Assembly: GCA_964016885.1 (NCBI GenBank)
Contig: OZ024763.1
Span: 14,880,001 to 14,944,000, forward strand
Reading direction: 5' to 3'
Length of the DNA stretch: 64,000 nucleotides
From: Eledone cirrhosa
Taxonomy: Eukaryota
The position numbers and the translations under genes are program-made. Under the pieces are notes generated by a model, which was not told where the DNA came from, ran no database searches, and saw only the letters and a list, made by a program, of their open reading frames with translations. Below are positions 26,340-40,847 of this stretch, in pieces. Position 1 is the stretch's first letter. Every line of letters begins with the position of its first letter.

Positions 26340-28250
26340 CACCACCACCACCATCTTCACTGCCAACACCACCACCACCACCACCACCACCACCACTATC
26401 TTCACTGCCAACGCCACCACCACCATCTTCACTGCCAACACCACCACCACCACCACCACCACCACCACCACTATCTTCACTGCCAACGCCACCACCACCA
26501 TCTTCACTGCCAACGCCACCACCACCACCACCACCATCTTCACTGCCAACACCACCACCACCACCACCACCACCACCACCATCTTCACTGTCAACGCCAC
26601 CACCACCACCACCACCATCTTCACTGCCAACACCACCACCACTACCACCACCACCACCACCATCTTCACTGTCAACGCCACCACCACCACCACCACCATC
26701 TTCACTGCCAACACCACCACCACTACCACCACCACCACCACCATCTTCACTGTCAACGCCACCACCACCACCACCACCATCTTCACTGCCAACACCACCA
26801 CCACTACCACCACCACCACCACCATCTTCACTGTCAACGCCACCACCACCACCACCATCTTCACTGCCAACACCACCACCACCAATACTATCTTCACTGC
26901 CAACACCACCACCACCACCACCATCTTCACTGTCAACGCCACCACCACCACGACCATCTTCACTGCCAACACCACCACCACCAATACTATCTTCACTGCC
27001 AACACCACCACCACCACCACCACCACTATCTTCACTGCCAACGCCACCACCACCACCACCATCTTCACTGCCAACACCACCACCACCACCACCACCACTA
27101 TCTTCACTGCCAACGCCACCACCACCACCACCATCTTCACTGCCAACACCACCACCACCACCACCACCACCACCACTATCTTCACTGCCAACGCCACCAC
27201 CACCACCACCATCTTCACTGCCAACACCACCACCACCACCACCACCACCACCACTATCTTCACTGCCAACACCACCACCACCACCACCATCTTCACTGCC
27301 AACACCACCACCACCACCACCACCACCACGACCATCTTCACTGCCAACACCACCACCACCACCACCACCACTATCTTCACTGCCAACGCCACCACCACCA
27401 CCACCATCTTCACTGCCAACACCACCACCACCACCACCACCACTATCTTCACTGCCAACGCCACCACCACCACCACCATCTTCACTGCCAACACCACCAC
27501 CACCACCACCACCACTATCTTCACTGCCAACGCCACCACCACCACCACCACCATCTTCACTGCCAACACCACCACCACCATCTTCACTGCCAACACCACC
27601 ACCACCACCACCACCACCACCACTATCTTCACTGCCAACGCCACCACCACCACCACCATCTTCACTGCCAACACCACCACCACCACCACCACCACCACCA
27701 CTATCTTCACTGCCAACACCACCACCACCACCACCATCTTCACTGCCAACACCACCACCACCACCACCACCACCACGACCATCTTCACTGCCAACACCAC
27801 CACCACCACCACCACCACCATCTTCACTGCCAACACCACCACCACCACCACCACCACTATCTTCACTGCCAACGCCACCACCACCACCACCACCATCTTC
27901 ACTGCCAACACCACCACCACCATCTTCACTGCCAACACCACCACCACCACCACCACTATCTTCACTGCCAACACCACCACCACCACCACCATCTTCACTG
28001 CCAACACCACCACCACCACCACCACCACTATCTTCACTGCCAACGCCACCACCACCACCACCACTGCCAACACCACCACCACCACCACCACCACTATCTT
28101 CACTGCCAACACCACCACCACCACCACCACCACTATCTTCACTGCCAACACCACCACCACCACCACCATCTTCACTGCCAACACCACCACCACCACCACC
28201 ACCACTATCTTCACTGCCAACGCCACCACCACCATCTTCACTGTCAATAA
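26340..28250. repeat. (CAC)n tracts punctuated by a fixed ATCTTCACTGCCAA motif
   Basis: Direct reading; unit lengths are multiples of 3, giving stop-free frames. Confidence 0.92.
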
Positions 28251-28977
28251 CAACAAACACCACCACAACAACAACAACCACCACCACCACCACCACAACA
28301 ACAACAACCACCACCACCACTGAACACATCAGGGTTGGTAATAAAAATAAAAAAATGTTAAAGATAAGGATGAGGGTGATGGAGGGGGTATGTTGGTGCA
28401 TGTGTGTATGTATGTGTATATGTGTATGCATATATATGTATGTATGTATATATGTGTGTATCTATCTATGTGTGTATGTATATATGTGTGCATATATATA
28501 TATATATCTGTTCACATGCCAACACAAGAGCAAGAATGAAGGGTTCATTCTACTGACATGGCTATAAAATTGAGGCTTGTTTGCATAATTGCCAACGAAT
28601 GTTATTTGTGCCTAAAGTAGAAACAATTATTAATATTCGAAAAACTCAGATTACATATATATGTGATGTATCTTGTTGATATACGATGTAAGTTATATAT
28701 GTTGCACTCAGCCTCACCTCTATGTCTGGGTCAGTATAAAATCTTTTCCTGGGTCCTGTATTTTCGTTGCTCTAGTGATGCGACTGGACTGCCGACCGCT
28801 ATATCTGATTTGCTAAGCTGTCTGAACGTAATGTTATTACTCTGGGGTCTTTCCTCATCTGAGTGCTCAAGCTACAGACCGATTATGCATACGTTAACTT
28901 GGCCGTATTCTAAAGCTTCGTCAATGCTGTACTAAAATTTATATTACATATATTACATATATATATGTATATATACT

Positions 28978-29180
28978 CAACTGTAGAAATGAGATGATAG
29001 GGACTGGGGTCCCTATCATTCCACTGCAAAGTGGTTGTGTAGGTGCCACGGCAAAAAAAAGCACCCAGCACTCACTGTAAATGAGGTTGGTGTTAGGAAG
29101 GGCATCCAGCTGTAGAAATCAAGCCAGAATCAGTTCCCATCCCACCCTTGCAAGCAGGGAAAAGCGGATGTAAAATGATA
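28978..29180 (+). mobile_element. SINE family B, 5'-truncated
   Basis: Matches the reverse complement of 4927-5145. Confidence 0.78.
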
Positions 29181-29411
29181 GTGATATATTGGGCAACAAG
29201 TTATTGTTATAGGTACTCCAGTTAGGGGTCATGAGTACTCTGTGTCGTGGATAGTTTTAATGTACGGCTTTGTTTAACTCAACAAGATGTTTCCATAGTT
29301 AGACAGCGAGTTCGCAGTAATTCCTATGTAGGTTATACTCGGAGTAATAATAGTGAAAGAATGTAGAGTAACATGGTTGGCTGTACAATAAGGGGCTTTA
29401 TTTCAGGTATT

Positions 29412-29512
29412 GACAATTGTTTCATTGATCAGGTGAGTCTAGAGGTCGGTAATCGCTCGAAGTTGCGTCACTCGATCTCCATTACATTATTTACCTCTGA
29501 CCAACTCATCAG
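29412..29512 (-). ncRNA. Hammerhead core with stem I disrupted by the fold-back junction
   Basis: Minus strand CTGATGA-GTTGGTCAG...CTGATCAAT-GAA-AC aatt GT-C; the 5' strand of stem I is replaced by the inverted arm. Confidence 0.55.
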
Positions 29513-29652
29513 AGGTAAATAATGTAATGGAGATCGAGTGACGCAACTTTGAGCAATTAGCAACCTCTAGACTCACCTGATCAATGAAACAATTGTCAAT
29601 ACCTGAAATAAAGCCCCTTGTTGTACAGCCGACCATGTTACTCTACATTCTT

Positions 29653-29697
<45 letters not shown>

Positions 29698-29869
29698 ATA
29701 ATAATAAAATTGAAGACTAAAATCCAAAGAGGGCTCGATAAGGAAAATATATATCAAATATATAAGAACTGTAGAGCAAATATTTATTAAAATAACAGAT
29801 TAAAGTTTAAGCAAAGAATCGCTGCTTTCACCCTTAACGGGATCTTCTGAAACTAACAAAGTCTTTGTT

Positions 29870-29920
29870 AGTTTCAGAAGATCCCGTTAAGGGTGAAAGC
29901 AGCGATTCTTTGCTTAAACT
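29870..29920 (+). ncRNA. Hammerhead-like motif with variant CAGAAGA core (mirror copy at 29804-29854, minus strand)
   Basis: AGTTT-CAGAAGA-tCCC gttaa GGGt-GAA-AGCA..TGCT-T-AAACT. Confidence 0.55.
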
Positions 29921-29936
29921 TTAATCTGTTATTTTA

Positions 29937-30052
<116 letters not shown>

Positions 30053-31540
30053 ATATGTGTAAAAGCAGTGAATTGGCAGAGCCGTTAAGACTTTGGACAT
30101 AATATTTTACAGTCTTTGTCCCACCTCATTGCGTGCTCAGAGTTCAAATCCTGCAAAGGTCAACTTTGCCTTTCATCCTTTCGAGGTCGATAAAAAAAAA
30201 AACACTAGTCCAGGTCTATTCTTCCTCTATAGAAAAAATTAGTTGTGTTTAGACCTTGAGATAGTTGGGCTACAACTAGGTTTAAAAGTACCCTAGACAC
30301 ACCATATGACGGTGCCTCTACGACTCCACAAGGAGTTATAGAATCTTTATACTATATTTTTTATGTATGTGTATATGTATATATGTGTGTATGTATGTGT
30401 GCATGCAAATATGTGTATGTGTATGTATGTACAGTTCTATGTTTGTGCGTATGTATGTATATATGTTAGTATGTATAAAATGTGCTAGCATCAAGCATGC
30501 AGCTAAGAAACACCAGCAAGTGGAGACCTCTGTACCTCACTTTGTATACAATGTATGTAGCTGAGTATATCTGTCAAATGCTGGCTTTACAAGTCATCAA
30601 TGTAAATAGGCAAAAATGCCATTGGTCAAATATGACCAATTCCTTACAGCAAATGTGACATGTGGCAGAGAAATGTCAAATAAGTCAGGAGTTACAGGGC
30701 AACCCGAAATACATAATTATGGTCAAGATCAGATTGAAGAACTGAACGATGGCAGGGGTAGAATATTAATGCATTTTGTGTAACAAAATATGCAAGTCCC
30801 TAGCCGACTTTAAAAGACCGCTGCAGGGTTCACAACCACTGATAGTGATATAGAAGGAGGAATGCCAAAATTTAGTGATGGCTGAGGGGTTTTAAATGAC
30901 CCCTTTAAAGGGGTAGTCTGTCAAAGCAAATCCTAACTACAAGGGACTGCTGAAACGTTCATAGGACGACACTATTGTCAGAGAGGGGTCAGCGACACCT
31001 GCTGTAACTACCACTTCATCTCACAGGGCTCTCTCCTTTGGCGGGTTGCAGTCTTTCTGTTTCTTACAAAGGAAAATCAGCAGTGCGGGGACTGAGGGTA
31101 CATGAGGTCTCAAAAGCACACCGGTGCGAAAAGGAAGCAGGTCAACAGCCACAGGATCTATGCATGGACGTGTGACCCTTGATGGGGTCATAGGGGCACC
31201 ATGATGAAGGCCATCCCTCCAAGAGAAGCAAAGAGAGAGATGAGTGACAGAAGAGGTGAGAGAGAGATATAGAGGGAGAACTGATCCCATTACTGGACTG
31301 GTATTTTATTGACCCTCAAAAAGGGTGAATCAGGGGGTTTTGAACCCAGAGTGCAGAGTATCCCAATGACTCCTGGATACTGTAAAATATTCTTTCAGAC
31401 GTTCTAATGACTGCCAATTAAAATTGCTAGTGGCATAAAAGTTTTTAATTGAGGACATATATATATATATACACACACACACACATATATACACATATAT
31501 ACACATTTACATACACACACACATATATATACATACACAT

Positions 31541-31577
<37 letters not shown>

Positions 31578-31912
31578 AACACACAAATATACACATACAC
31601 ACACACACATACATATATACACATATACATACACACACACACATATATATACACATATACATACACACACACATACACACACACACATATATATATATAT
31701 AAACACACAAATATACACATGCACACACACACATACATATATACACACATACATACACACACACACATATATATATACACATATACATACACACATATAT
31801 ATACATACACATACACACACTCACACACACATATATATAAACACACAAATATACACATACACACACACACATATATATACACATATACATACACACACAC
31901 ACATATATATAT

Positions 31913-31943
<31 letters not shown>

Positions 31944-34341
31944 AACACACAAATATACACATACACTCAAACATATTTATACATACATATCTATACATAT
32001 ATGCACACATACATAAACTTATACATATACACATACAGTACACACCCTTATATGGCCAGTCTTCTGTCCCCCACCATCCCACCCATCTCCCCTCCACCCC
32101 AGAGACGGGGGGGGGGGGAGACCAACTCCTTGACATTCAATTTAACAGGATTACATACATATATACACATATATATAAATAAACTCACAAATATATAGAT
32201 ATATATACACATATATACACACACAACATATATATATAAATATACACTCACAAATATATACATACATATAAACACATATATTGTACATATACACAGATAT
32301 ATATATACATATACATACACACACTTAACCCCCTAGTCCCAATATATGTTGATGTTTATGTGGGGAGGGGGTTGTGTTGAAATCAGGGGGGGGGGGGTGA
32401 CATGGTCGCCATACTTACACCCTCACCTTCACCCCACTGTAAGATAAAAGAGGGGAGGACTGTACAGGAATGTTGCACCCCACTGCTCTCCTAGGTATTT
32501 GGTGATGGTGGTGGTGGTGGTGTTGGTGTTGGTGACGATGGTGGTGGTGGTGGTGTTGGTGACAATGGTGGCAGTAGTATGGGTAAAGTGGTGGTGGTAG
32601 TGTTGGTGGTGACGGTGGTGGTGGTGGTGTTGGTGACGATGGTGGCAGTGGTATGGGTAAAGTAATGGTGGTGACGATGGTGGCAGTGGTATGGGTAAAG
32701 TGGTGCTGGTGGTGTTGGTGACGATGGTGGCAGTGGTATGGGTAAAGTGGTGGTGGTGGTGGTGTTGGTGGTGACGATGGTGGCAGTGGTATGGGTAAAG
32801 TGGTGGTGGTGGTGACGATGGTGGTGTTGGTGGTGACGATGGTGGCAGTGGTATGGGTAAAGTGGTGGTGGTGGTGGTGTTGGTGGTGATGATGGTGGCA
32901 GTGGTATGGGTGTAGTGGTAGTGATGCTGGTAGTGATAGTGCTATTGATGATTATGGTGGTAGTGGTGAAAGTGGTGATGGTGGTGGTAATAGTGGTGGT
33001 AGTGGTGGTGGTAGTGGTAGTGGTGGTAGTGGTGGTGACGGAGGAAGTAGTATGGGGTGGGGGATGAAGTGGTAGTGATGCTGGTAGTGGTGGTGGTGAC
33101 GGAGGAAGTAGTATGGGGTGGGGGATGAAGTGGTAGTGATGCTGGTAGTGGTGGAAGTGGTGAGGTGGTAGTGGTGTGGGTAATAGCAGTGGTGGTGGTA
33201 GTGGTGATGTGAGGGTAACAGTGGTGCTGGTAGTGTTGATAATATCCATACAAAGCCCATCACTAATATACATACACGCTGTATGCACACACACACTCTA
33301 TATACACACACACGTCTGTGTGTATGTGTATGTATTTGTGTGTGTGTGTGTGTGTATTTATGTGTGTGTGTGTATAATATATAAACTTAAGAAAATTAAC
33401 AGAGAGGACAAGACAAGAAACAAACAATAAAAAAAACACAAATGAAGAACAGAATGTATGCGTGTGAATGTATGTGTGTGTGTGTATATGTGTGTGTGTG
33501 TATATGTGTGTATATGTGTGTATATGTGTGTATGTGTGAATGTATGTGTGTGTATATATGTGTGTGTATATGTGTGTGTATATATGTATGTGTGAATGTA
33601 TGTGTGAATGTATGTGTATATGTATGTGTGTATATATGTATGTGTGTATATATGTATATGTGTATGTGTGTATATGTGTGTGTATATGTATGTGTGTGAG
33701 TGTATATGGATGTGTATATTTGTGTGTATATGTGTGTGTGTGAATGTATGTGTGTGTGAATGTATGTGTGTGTATATGTATGTGTGTATATGTGTATGTG
33801 TGTATATGTATGTGTGTATATATGTATGTGTGTATATGTGTGTGTGTGTATATGTATGTGTGTGTGTGTGTATATGTATGTGTGTATATGTGTGTGTGTG
33901 TATATATGTATGTGTGTGAGTGTATATGTATGTGTGTATATATGTGTATATGTGTGTATGTGTGAGTGTGTAGAACCAAGCACTGGAAAGTCCCAGAGGA
34001 GCCTACAGTTGCCATGTATGTGACTGAGGGTGCAAGTCTTTGGCTGGTTTGAAGACCCACATTTGTGCCTCACATTCTTTAGCGTTTTATCAGGCTATGG
34101 CTCTACTCCACAGAGTTTGTGGCCATCATATATATACATATATATTATTCTTCACTCATTTACTATTATATACACAAATATATATACATATATGTTATTC
34201 TTCACTCAAATATATATACATATATATGTTATTTTTCACTCATTTACTATTATATACACAAATATATATACATATATGTTATTCTTCACTCAAATATATA
34301 TACATATATATGTTATTTTTCCCTCATTTACTATTATATAC

Positions 34342-34390
<49 letters not shown>

Positions 34391-34419
34391 ATTCTTCACT
34401 CATTTACCATTATATACGC

Positions 34420-34452
<33 letters not shown>

Positions 34453-34496
34453 TATACACACACATACATACATGTGTGTTTGTGTGTATGTATTAA

Positions 34497-34547
<51 letters not shown>

Positions 34548-34595
34548 TAAATGAAAGGTATAGAAAGTATTGTAGCAAGAAGCCAACAGTATTCC

Positions 34596-34635
<40 letters not shown>

Positions 34636-34684
34636 CACACACACATACATACATACATGTGTGTGTGTGTATGTATTAACGTGC

Positions 34685-34728
<44 letters not shown>

Positions 34729-34983
34729 CTGTATGTAAGTGTATAAAGTTTAAACAAGTGAAAGGAGAGAGATAAATAAATGATGTTAAAACAGCACATC
34801 ACCCTTCTGCTCCACTACCTATCAACCAACCCATGAGACCACTCCCCTCCCTCACCGGTCCCTCCACCCCAGGGTATCTGAAATATCAACTAGTTTGATG
34901 ATAGTTCACATAGCATGTGTCTATCTGGTCATTGGATGATGGGATATCAACAGACACACACACACACACACACATATATACAT

Positions 34984-35050
<67 letters not shown>

Positions 35051-35606
35051 CACATATATATATATAAACACACACACACATATATATATACATACACACA
35101 CACACATATATATATACAAACACACACACATACACACACATATATATATACACACATATATATATATATACACATATTTACACATATATACACACAAACA
35201 CATATATACACACAAACACATATATACACACACACATACACACATATATATACACACATATATATAATCACACACATATATACACACATATTTACACACA
35301 CATTTACACACACACACTCATACAAATATACTTACGTAAATATACATACACACACACATACGCACACAAATATACTTACATAAATACACACACACATATA
35401 CACACATATATATATATACACACACAAATATACATACATCAATTAATTAATACATTCCCCTGTATATATATATATATACACACACAAATAAGCAGATGTA
35501 AAAATCAAGCTGCAAATACAGAGATGATTAAAAGTACCTGTTTATATACATATATATATATACACCCACACACAGATATATACATATATACAACCCACAG
35601 ATATCG

Positions 35607-35637
<31 letters not shown>

Positions 35638-35652
35638 CACACACACACCCAC

Positions 35653-35684
<32 letters not shown>

Positions 35685-35887
35685 CCGCATATATAGACAC
35701 ACACACACATATATACACACACACACACCCAGATATACATACATACACACATATATAGACATACATACACACCCACAGATATAGACACACACACACATAT
35801 ATATATACACACACCCACACACATATATATATATATATATATACACACATACACACAGATATACATACATACACACACACATATATA

Positions 35888-36110
35888 GAAGCACATGGCT
35901 TAGTGGTTAGAGCATTGGCCTTGCAATCGAAAGGTTGTGAGTTCAATTCTCAGACCGGGTGATGTGTTGTTTCCTTGAGCAAGACACTTTATTTCACATT
36001 GCTCCAGTTCACTCAGCTGTAGAAATGAGATGATAGGGACTGGGGTCCCTATCATTCCACTGCAAAAGTGGTCGTGGAGGTGCCACGGCAAAAAAGCACA
36101 CATCCAACCA
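35888..36110 (+). mobile_element. SINE family B, 5' part
   Basis: A/B boxes and CORE-like motif; matches the 4927-5272 copy. Confidence 0.8.
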
Positions 36111-36265
36111 TCTATTAGTGGCATATATAGGACATCAAAAGGTGACTATAAGGTGAATGTGCGTGTTTATCAGTGTAGATGCTTATGCGTGGATTAGTGT
36201 GTGTGTGTATATATATATAGTGTGTGTGTGTGTGCCTATGTTTATGTAGTTGTACGTGGATGAGC

Positions 36266-36301
<36 letters not shown>

Positions 36302-36507
36302 GCTCATCCACGTACAACCCCCCTTTTAATTTCAGTTTATTTTGATCATGCCTTTATTTTTAAATGTTCTCATTCCTTGTATTTTGATCATGCTTTATTT
36401 TTATTTATTATTTAATATATTTTTGTCTTTATTTGTTAATTTTTCATTCGCACCGTTTCCTTTTGCTATATGTCTCTCCACCACTCCCCTACACACCTTT
36501 TGAACTC

Positions 36508-36543
36508 TCACCTGAAGAAGGGCTTATGCCCGAAACGTCGTCC
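36508..36543 (+). ncRNA. Minimal hammerhead-like motif (Penelope-type)
   Basis: CTGAAGA-a-GGGC ttat GCCC-GAAACGTC; AATAAA ~40 nt downstream; element 36300-36630 sits between (TA)n tracts. Confidence 0.55.
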
Positions 36544-36627
36544 TCCACCTACCTCCCACTCTCCTGAGCGTGAATTTAATAAACATTTATCGTACTGCCT
36601 CTCTGTTCTGTCCCTGTTCAATTTTTC

Positions 36628-36663
<36 letters not shown>

Positions 36664-36704
36664 TGATATTAATAAATGGAAACTATATTTATAAAACCAT
36701 ATTT

Positions 36705-36764
36705 ATTCTATTATATATATTTCAAGGGCACCAACAACTTTGGTACGCCCTCATCAGATAAAAT
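36705..36764 (-). ncRNA. Type I hammerhead ribozyme motif
   Basis: Minus strand ATTTTAT-CTGATGA-gggcgtaccaa..ttggtgccctt-GAA-ATA ta TAT-A-ATAGAAT; same family as 48961. Confidence 0.65.
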
Positions 36765-36944
36765 ACAAAGTTTGTTTTATAAATGTTGACATACCCCAGA
36801 AAGCAGACCTTATCGATTCAGGTTCAGTTTGGATAGTTTCCATTTATTAATATCATTGATATTATACTCCAGGAAAGCTGTAGAGTGCTTCAAATCCGTT
36901 ATAAATAAATTTGTTGAATTAGCAACAAATTAAATATCTCTTTG

Positions 36945-36989
<45 letters not shown>

Positions 36990-37127
36990 GTGTGTGTGTG
37001 TATATTTATATATAATGTATATTTAAGGGGGAGGGCAAGACATAGATAATAAAGTCAGAGATAGAGATAATGTTCTATATCTATGGAATATGAATGTTAC
37101 TGTAAACATGGAAGGGTGTATATACAC

Positions 37128-37244
<117 letters not shown>

Positions 37245-37560
37245 ATATATATATATATAACACATACATACATTATATATATATATACACAATATATATA
37301 ACAGACACACACACACATTCATACATACATATATACACAATATATATAACACATACATATATACATATATATATACACAATATATAACACACACACACAC
37401 ATATATACATATATATATACACAATATAACACACACACACATATATACATATATATATACACAATATAACACACATATATACATATATATATACACAATA
37501 TAACACACACACACACACATATATACATATATATATATACACAATATATAACACACACAC

Positions 37561-37592
<32 letters not shown>

Positions 37593-39094
37593 CATACACA
37601 CACACACACACATAGAAATACATACAGGGTCGTCTTAAAGACATAAATAGAGAAGTGAAACCACAAAGATAAGTGACTGAGAATCTGAGGACGAGGTGGG
37701 GGGGTGGGGGCCACAACCACAAAATTCTGTCTGTATGTCTCGCTGCCAAACCTAAATCTATTAGAAATATATCTAAATATATGTGTGTGTGCATGTGTTT
37801 GTGTGTGTTTGTGTGTGTTTGTTGCTCTTACAATGCTGTTGTGTACAATATATATATGTACCTGGTTTAGAATAGGTACACTGTAGCCCAGTGTCTCGGA
37901 AGAGGCAATTAAGAGGGTTAGTGGTTAGGGTTAGAGTTAGGAATGTTATCTGGCTGGAAAACATTGCCTCAAAAATTCATATCCAAGCCTTACCAGCAAG
38001 GAGAAGCTGATGAAAAAGTAATCATGATGATGATGATGATGATAATATACAGTTGTACCCGCGACTATTGGATGTGGTCCTTAAAAACACCTATAAACGT
38101 CAAAACATAGCGTAAAATATAGGCCGGCAAATACGGTATATTGTTATTAATTATTTAGCGTTAAAAAAGCGAGAAAAAATATATATTGTCACTAAAAAGC
38201 TGCGGAAGATATTTGCGATTCTGCGATGGTTTCCACGGATAATTATTTGTTAGGTTCTAAGGAAAATTCCGTGAATAACCAGGACTGCAAATGTCGGTGG
38301 TTCGACAAGTCAGGTCAGATGACCGTGTCTTGCTCATACAGAACTGCTTCTGGCTTGGTTTTTACGGCCGGATGCCCTTCTTAACACCAAAACAACCACT
38401 TTACAGGGTGTACTGGGTGCTTTCTGTCATGTCACCAAACATGACCACTTTACAGTGCGGTGCCACGATAAATATAAATATATATCCATATGTGAGAGAG
38501 AAATGTCTAGTATGAATATATGAACATGCAGCCTTATAGTAGCAGCACATGTGGCAAAGGTTACTGTAACTTCATATAACAGTGCATGGATCAATAATAC
38601 ACACACATACCCCAGCATGGCCTCGGCCAGATGGCTGGAATACAGTAAAAGAGTATATATATATCATCATCATCGTTTAACGTCCACCTTCTATGCTAGT
38701 GAAGTGTGTATACATTTTTGGCGACACCGTGTATATATAAACACACACTCAGTAATTCTATAAAGCCAGATTGCTATACATACAAAGATTCTACACACGA
38801 TATTCCTATACACACAGTAACACCACCACCACCACAACAACATTAACAACAACAATAGCAAGAGTAGCCAGAATGACAGCTACAACAACAACAACAACAA
38901 CAACAACAGCACCAATAACCACAACAACCATAATAGCCACAACAACCACCACAACAGCACCAATAGCAACAACAATAGCAACAACAACAACCACAATAGC
39001 ACCAGTAACCACAACAATAGCAGCAACAACAACAACAACCACAACAATAGCAACAACAACCACCACAATTGCACCAACAACCACAACAATGACA

Positions 39095-40108
39095 TAGATA
39101 CCAACTTAAAGAATGCCACAGTACTAAAGTACGCAGACGACATCAAGCTGTACCTTGAGATAAAAGGACAGATCCTGAACACTATAGATCTTGCTTGCAG
39201 TCTAACCTGGACACAATGCAACAATGGATCTCAGACTGGCAACTCAAGCTAGCTGTGGACAAGTGCACCACCATGCATTTTGGGAGTAAAAACCCAGCGT
39301 CCACATACTCCCTCCACAGCACTAATATGAAGAAGTCTTCTTGTGAACGTGACCTGGGCATTACTGTCAGCAGCGATTTGCGTTGGACGAAGCATGTCTC
39401 TAAAATTGTCAAGAGGGCCGAGGGTGTCTTAGCATCACTCAGCAAGACCTTTGTCAGCCGCTCTCCAGCTATCTATTTAAGGCTGTACATGGCTATGGTG
39501 CGGCCACACTTAGAATTTGCATCACCAGTCTGGAACCCCTATCTTGCTCAGAACATTGACCGCCTGGAAACTGTTCAGAGACGTGCAACCAAGCGAATAC
39601 CCTCCATCAGGCATCTACCACACTCTGAACGCCATGCTTCCCTGGGCATGGATACATTGAAGCTCCGACGCCTGGCAGCTGACTTGGTAAACACCCACAA
39701 AATTATTAACCATCTTGCCAACAACAACCCTGAGTACCTTTTTGATTTCCATGTGTCTAACACACGTGGGCATGCCCACAAAGTCAGAAAACAGCACAGC
39801 TCCCATGACTTACGGAAACATTTTTTCACGCTCAGAGTTGCTGAAGCATGGAACAAACTACCTGCATCAGTTGTTAGCTGTCGAGACACTGCATCCTTTA
39901 AAACCTCCATGCTTCCTGAGATTCGCCAACACTACACCTAATGTTCCCCCTCCAAACACATACACACATGTATATCATGACTCATACACTATTCACTTCC
40001 ATGACATTTGTATATTATTCTATGTACTATACATGCACCTTTGACGAGTTGTAGTGCACCTGAGCACTGTACACAATAATTTCATTATTATTATTATTAT
40101 CATTATTA
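39095..40108 (+). mobile_element. CR1-clade LINE, 5'-truncated (RT C-terminus and 3' UTR)
   Basis: KYADDIKLY RT motif, ERDLGI, VRPHLEFASPVWNP, LETVQRRATK, TRGH..K, FF..RV..AWNKLP; one frameshift near 39190; (ATT)n tail. Confidence 0.92.
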
Positions 40109-40144
40109 TATAACAACAATAGCAACAACAACTGGGTCTTTACA

Positions 40145-40305
40145 GTTGTTTCTACTTTTGGCACAAGGCCAGCAATTACCCCCAGTACATTACTGGTACT
40201 TTATTTTATCGACCCCGTAAGGATGAAAGGCAAAGTTAACCTCGGCGGGATTTGAACTCAGACTTGCAAAGGATGGCGTCCGACCCTCTACCGATACTGC
40301 CAATA
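40145..40305 (-). mobile_element. SINE family A
   Basis: Matches the 5940 copy. Confidence 0.8.
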
Positions 40306-40847
40306 CATCTTTATAGGATCAACTTATAAACATGTTTGAAACCACAACTACAACAACACAAATTTCTAATTTTGGCACAAGGACAGCAACTCGAAGGAAG
40401 CCAGGGGCTGCTGGGGATAGGGGGTGATGGGGGGTAGGGAAGGAGCAGTGGGGGGATGCATTAGGGGCCAGCAGTGGGAGATGGGTTAGAGGGTAGGAGG
40501 GCAACAGTGGGTGATAATGTAGGGGTAGCAGTCAGTAATAGGGTAGAGGAGGGAAGTAGTGCGAGATGGTGTAATGGGGTAGAAAGGGGCAGCAGTGAGC
40601 GATGGAATAGAGAAGGAGCAACAGTGACCAAGAGGCCATTTTTATGGACCCCCTATTATATGACTGGTATATTATATATTATCAACGAGAATGACGTTGG
40701 CGGCAGGATTGGAACACAAAACATAGAGAACACCATAACGAAAATACCACAAGGTATCTAACTCACTCCGACACTCCACCGACTTTTACTAAGCCGCCAC
40801 CAACAACAACAATCATAAAAAGATTACATTGTATTTTTCTTTGTTTT

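Noticed and set aside
26271-28431. 659-703 aa His-, Gly- or Val-rich ORFs as genes
   Set aside because: Pure triplet-repeat translation open in several frames, with no signal peptide or splice support.
30560-31260. Possible decayed LINE endonuclease or nested exon
   Set aside because: Only a faint motif interrupted by stops; cannot be supported without a search.
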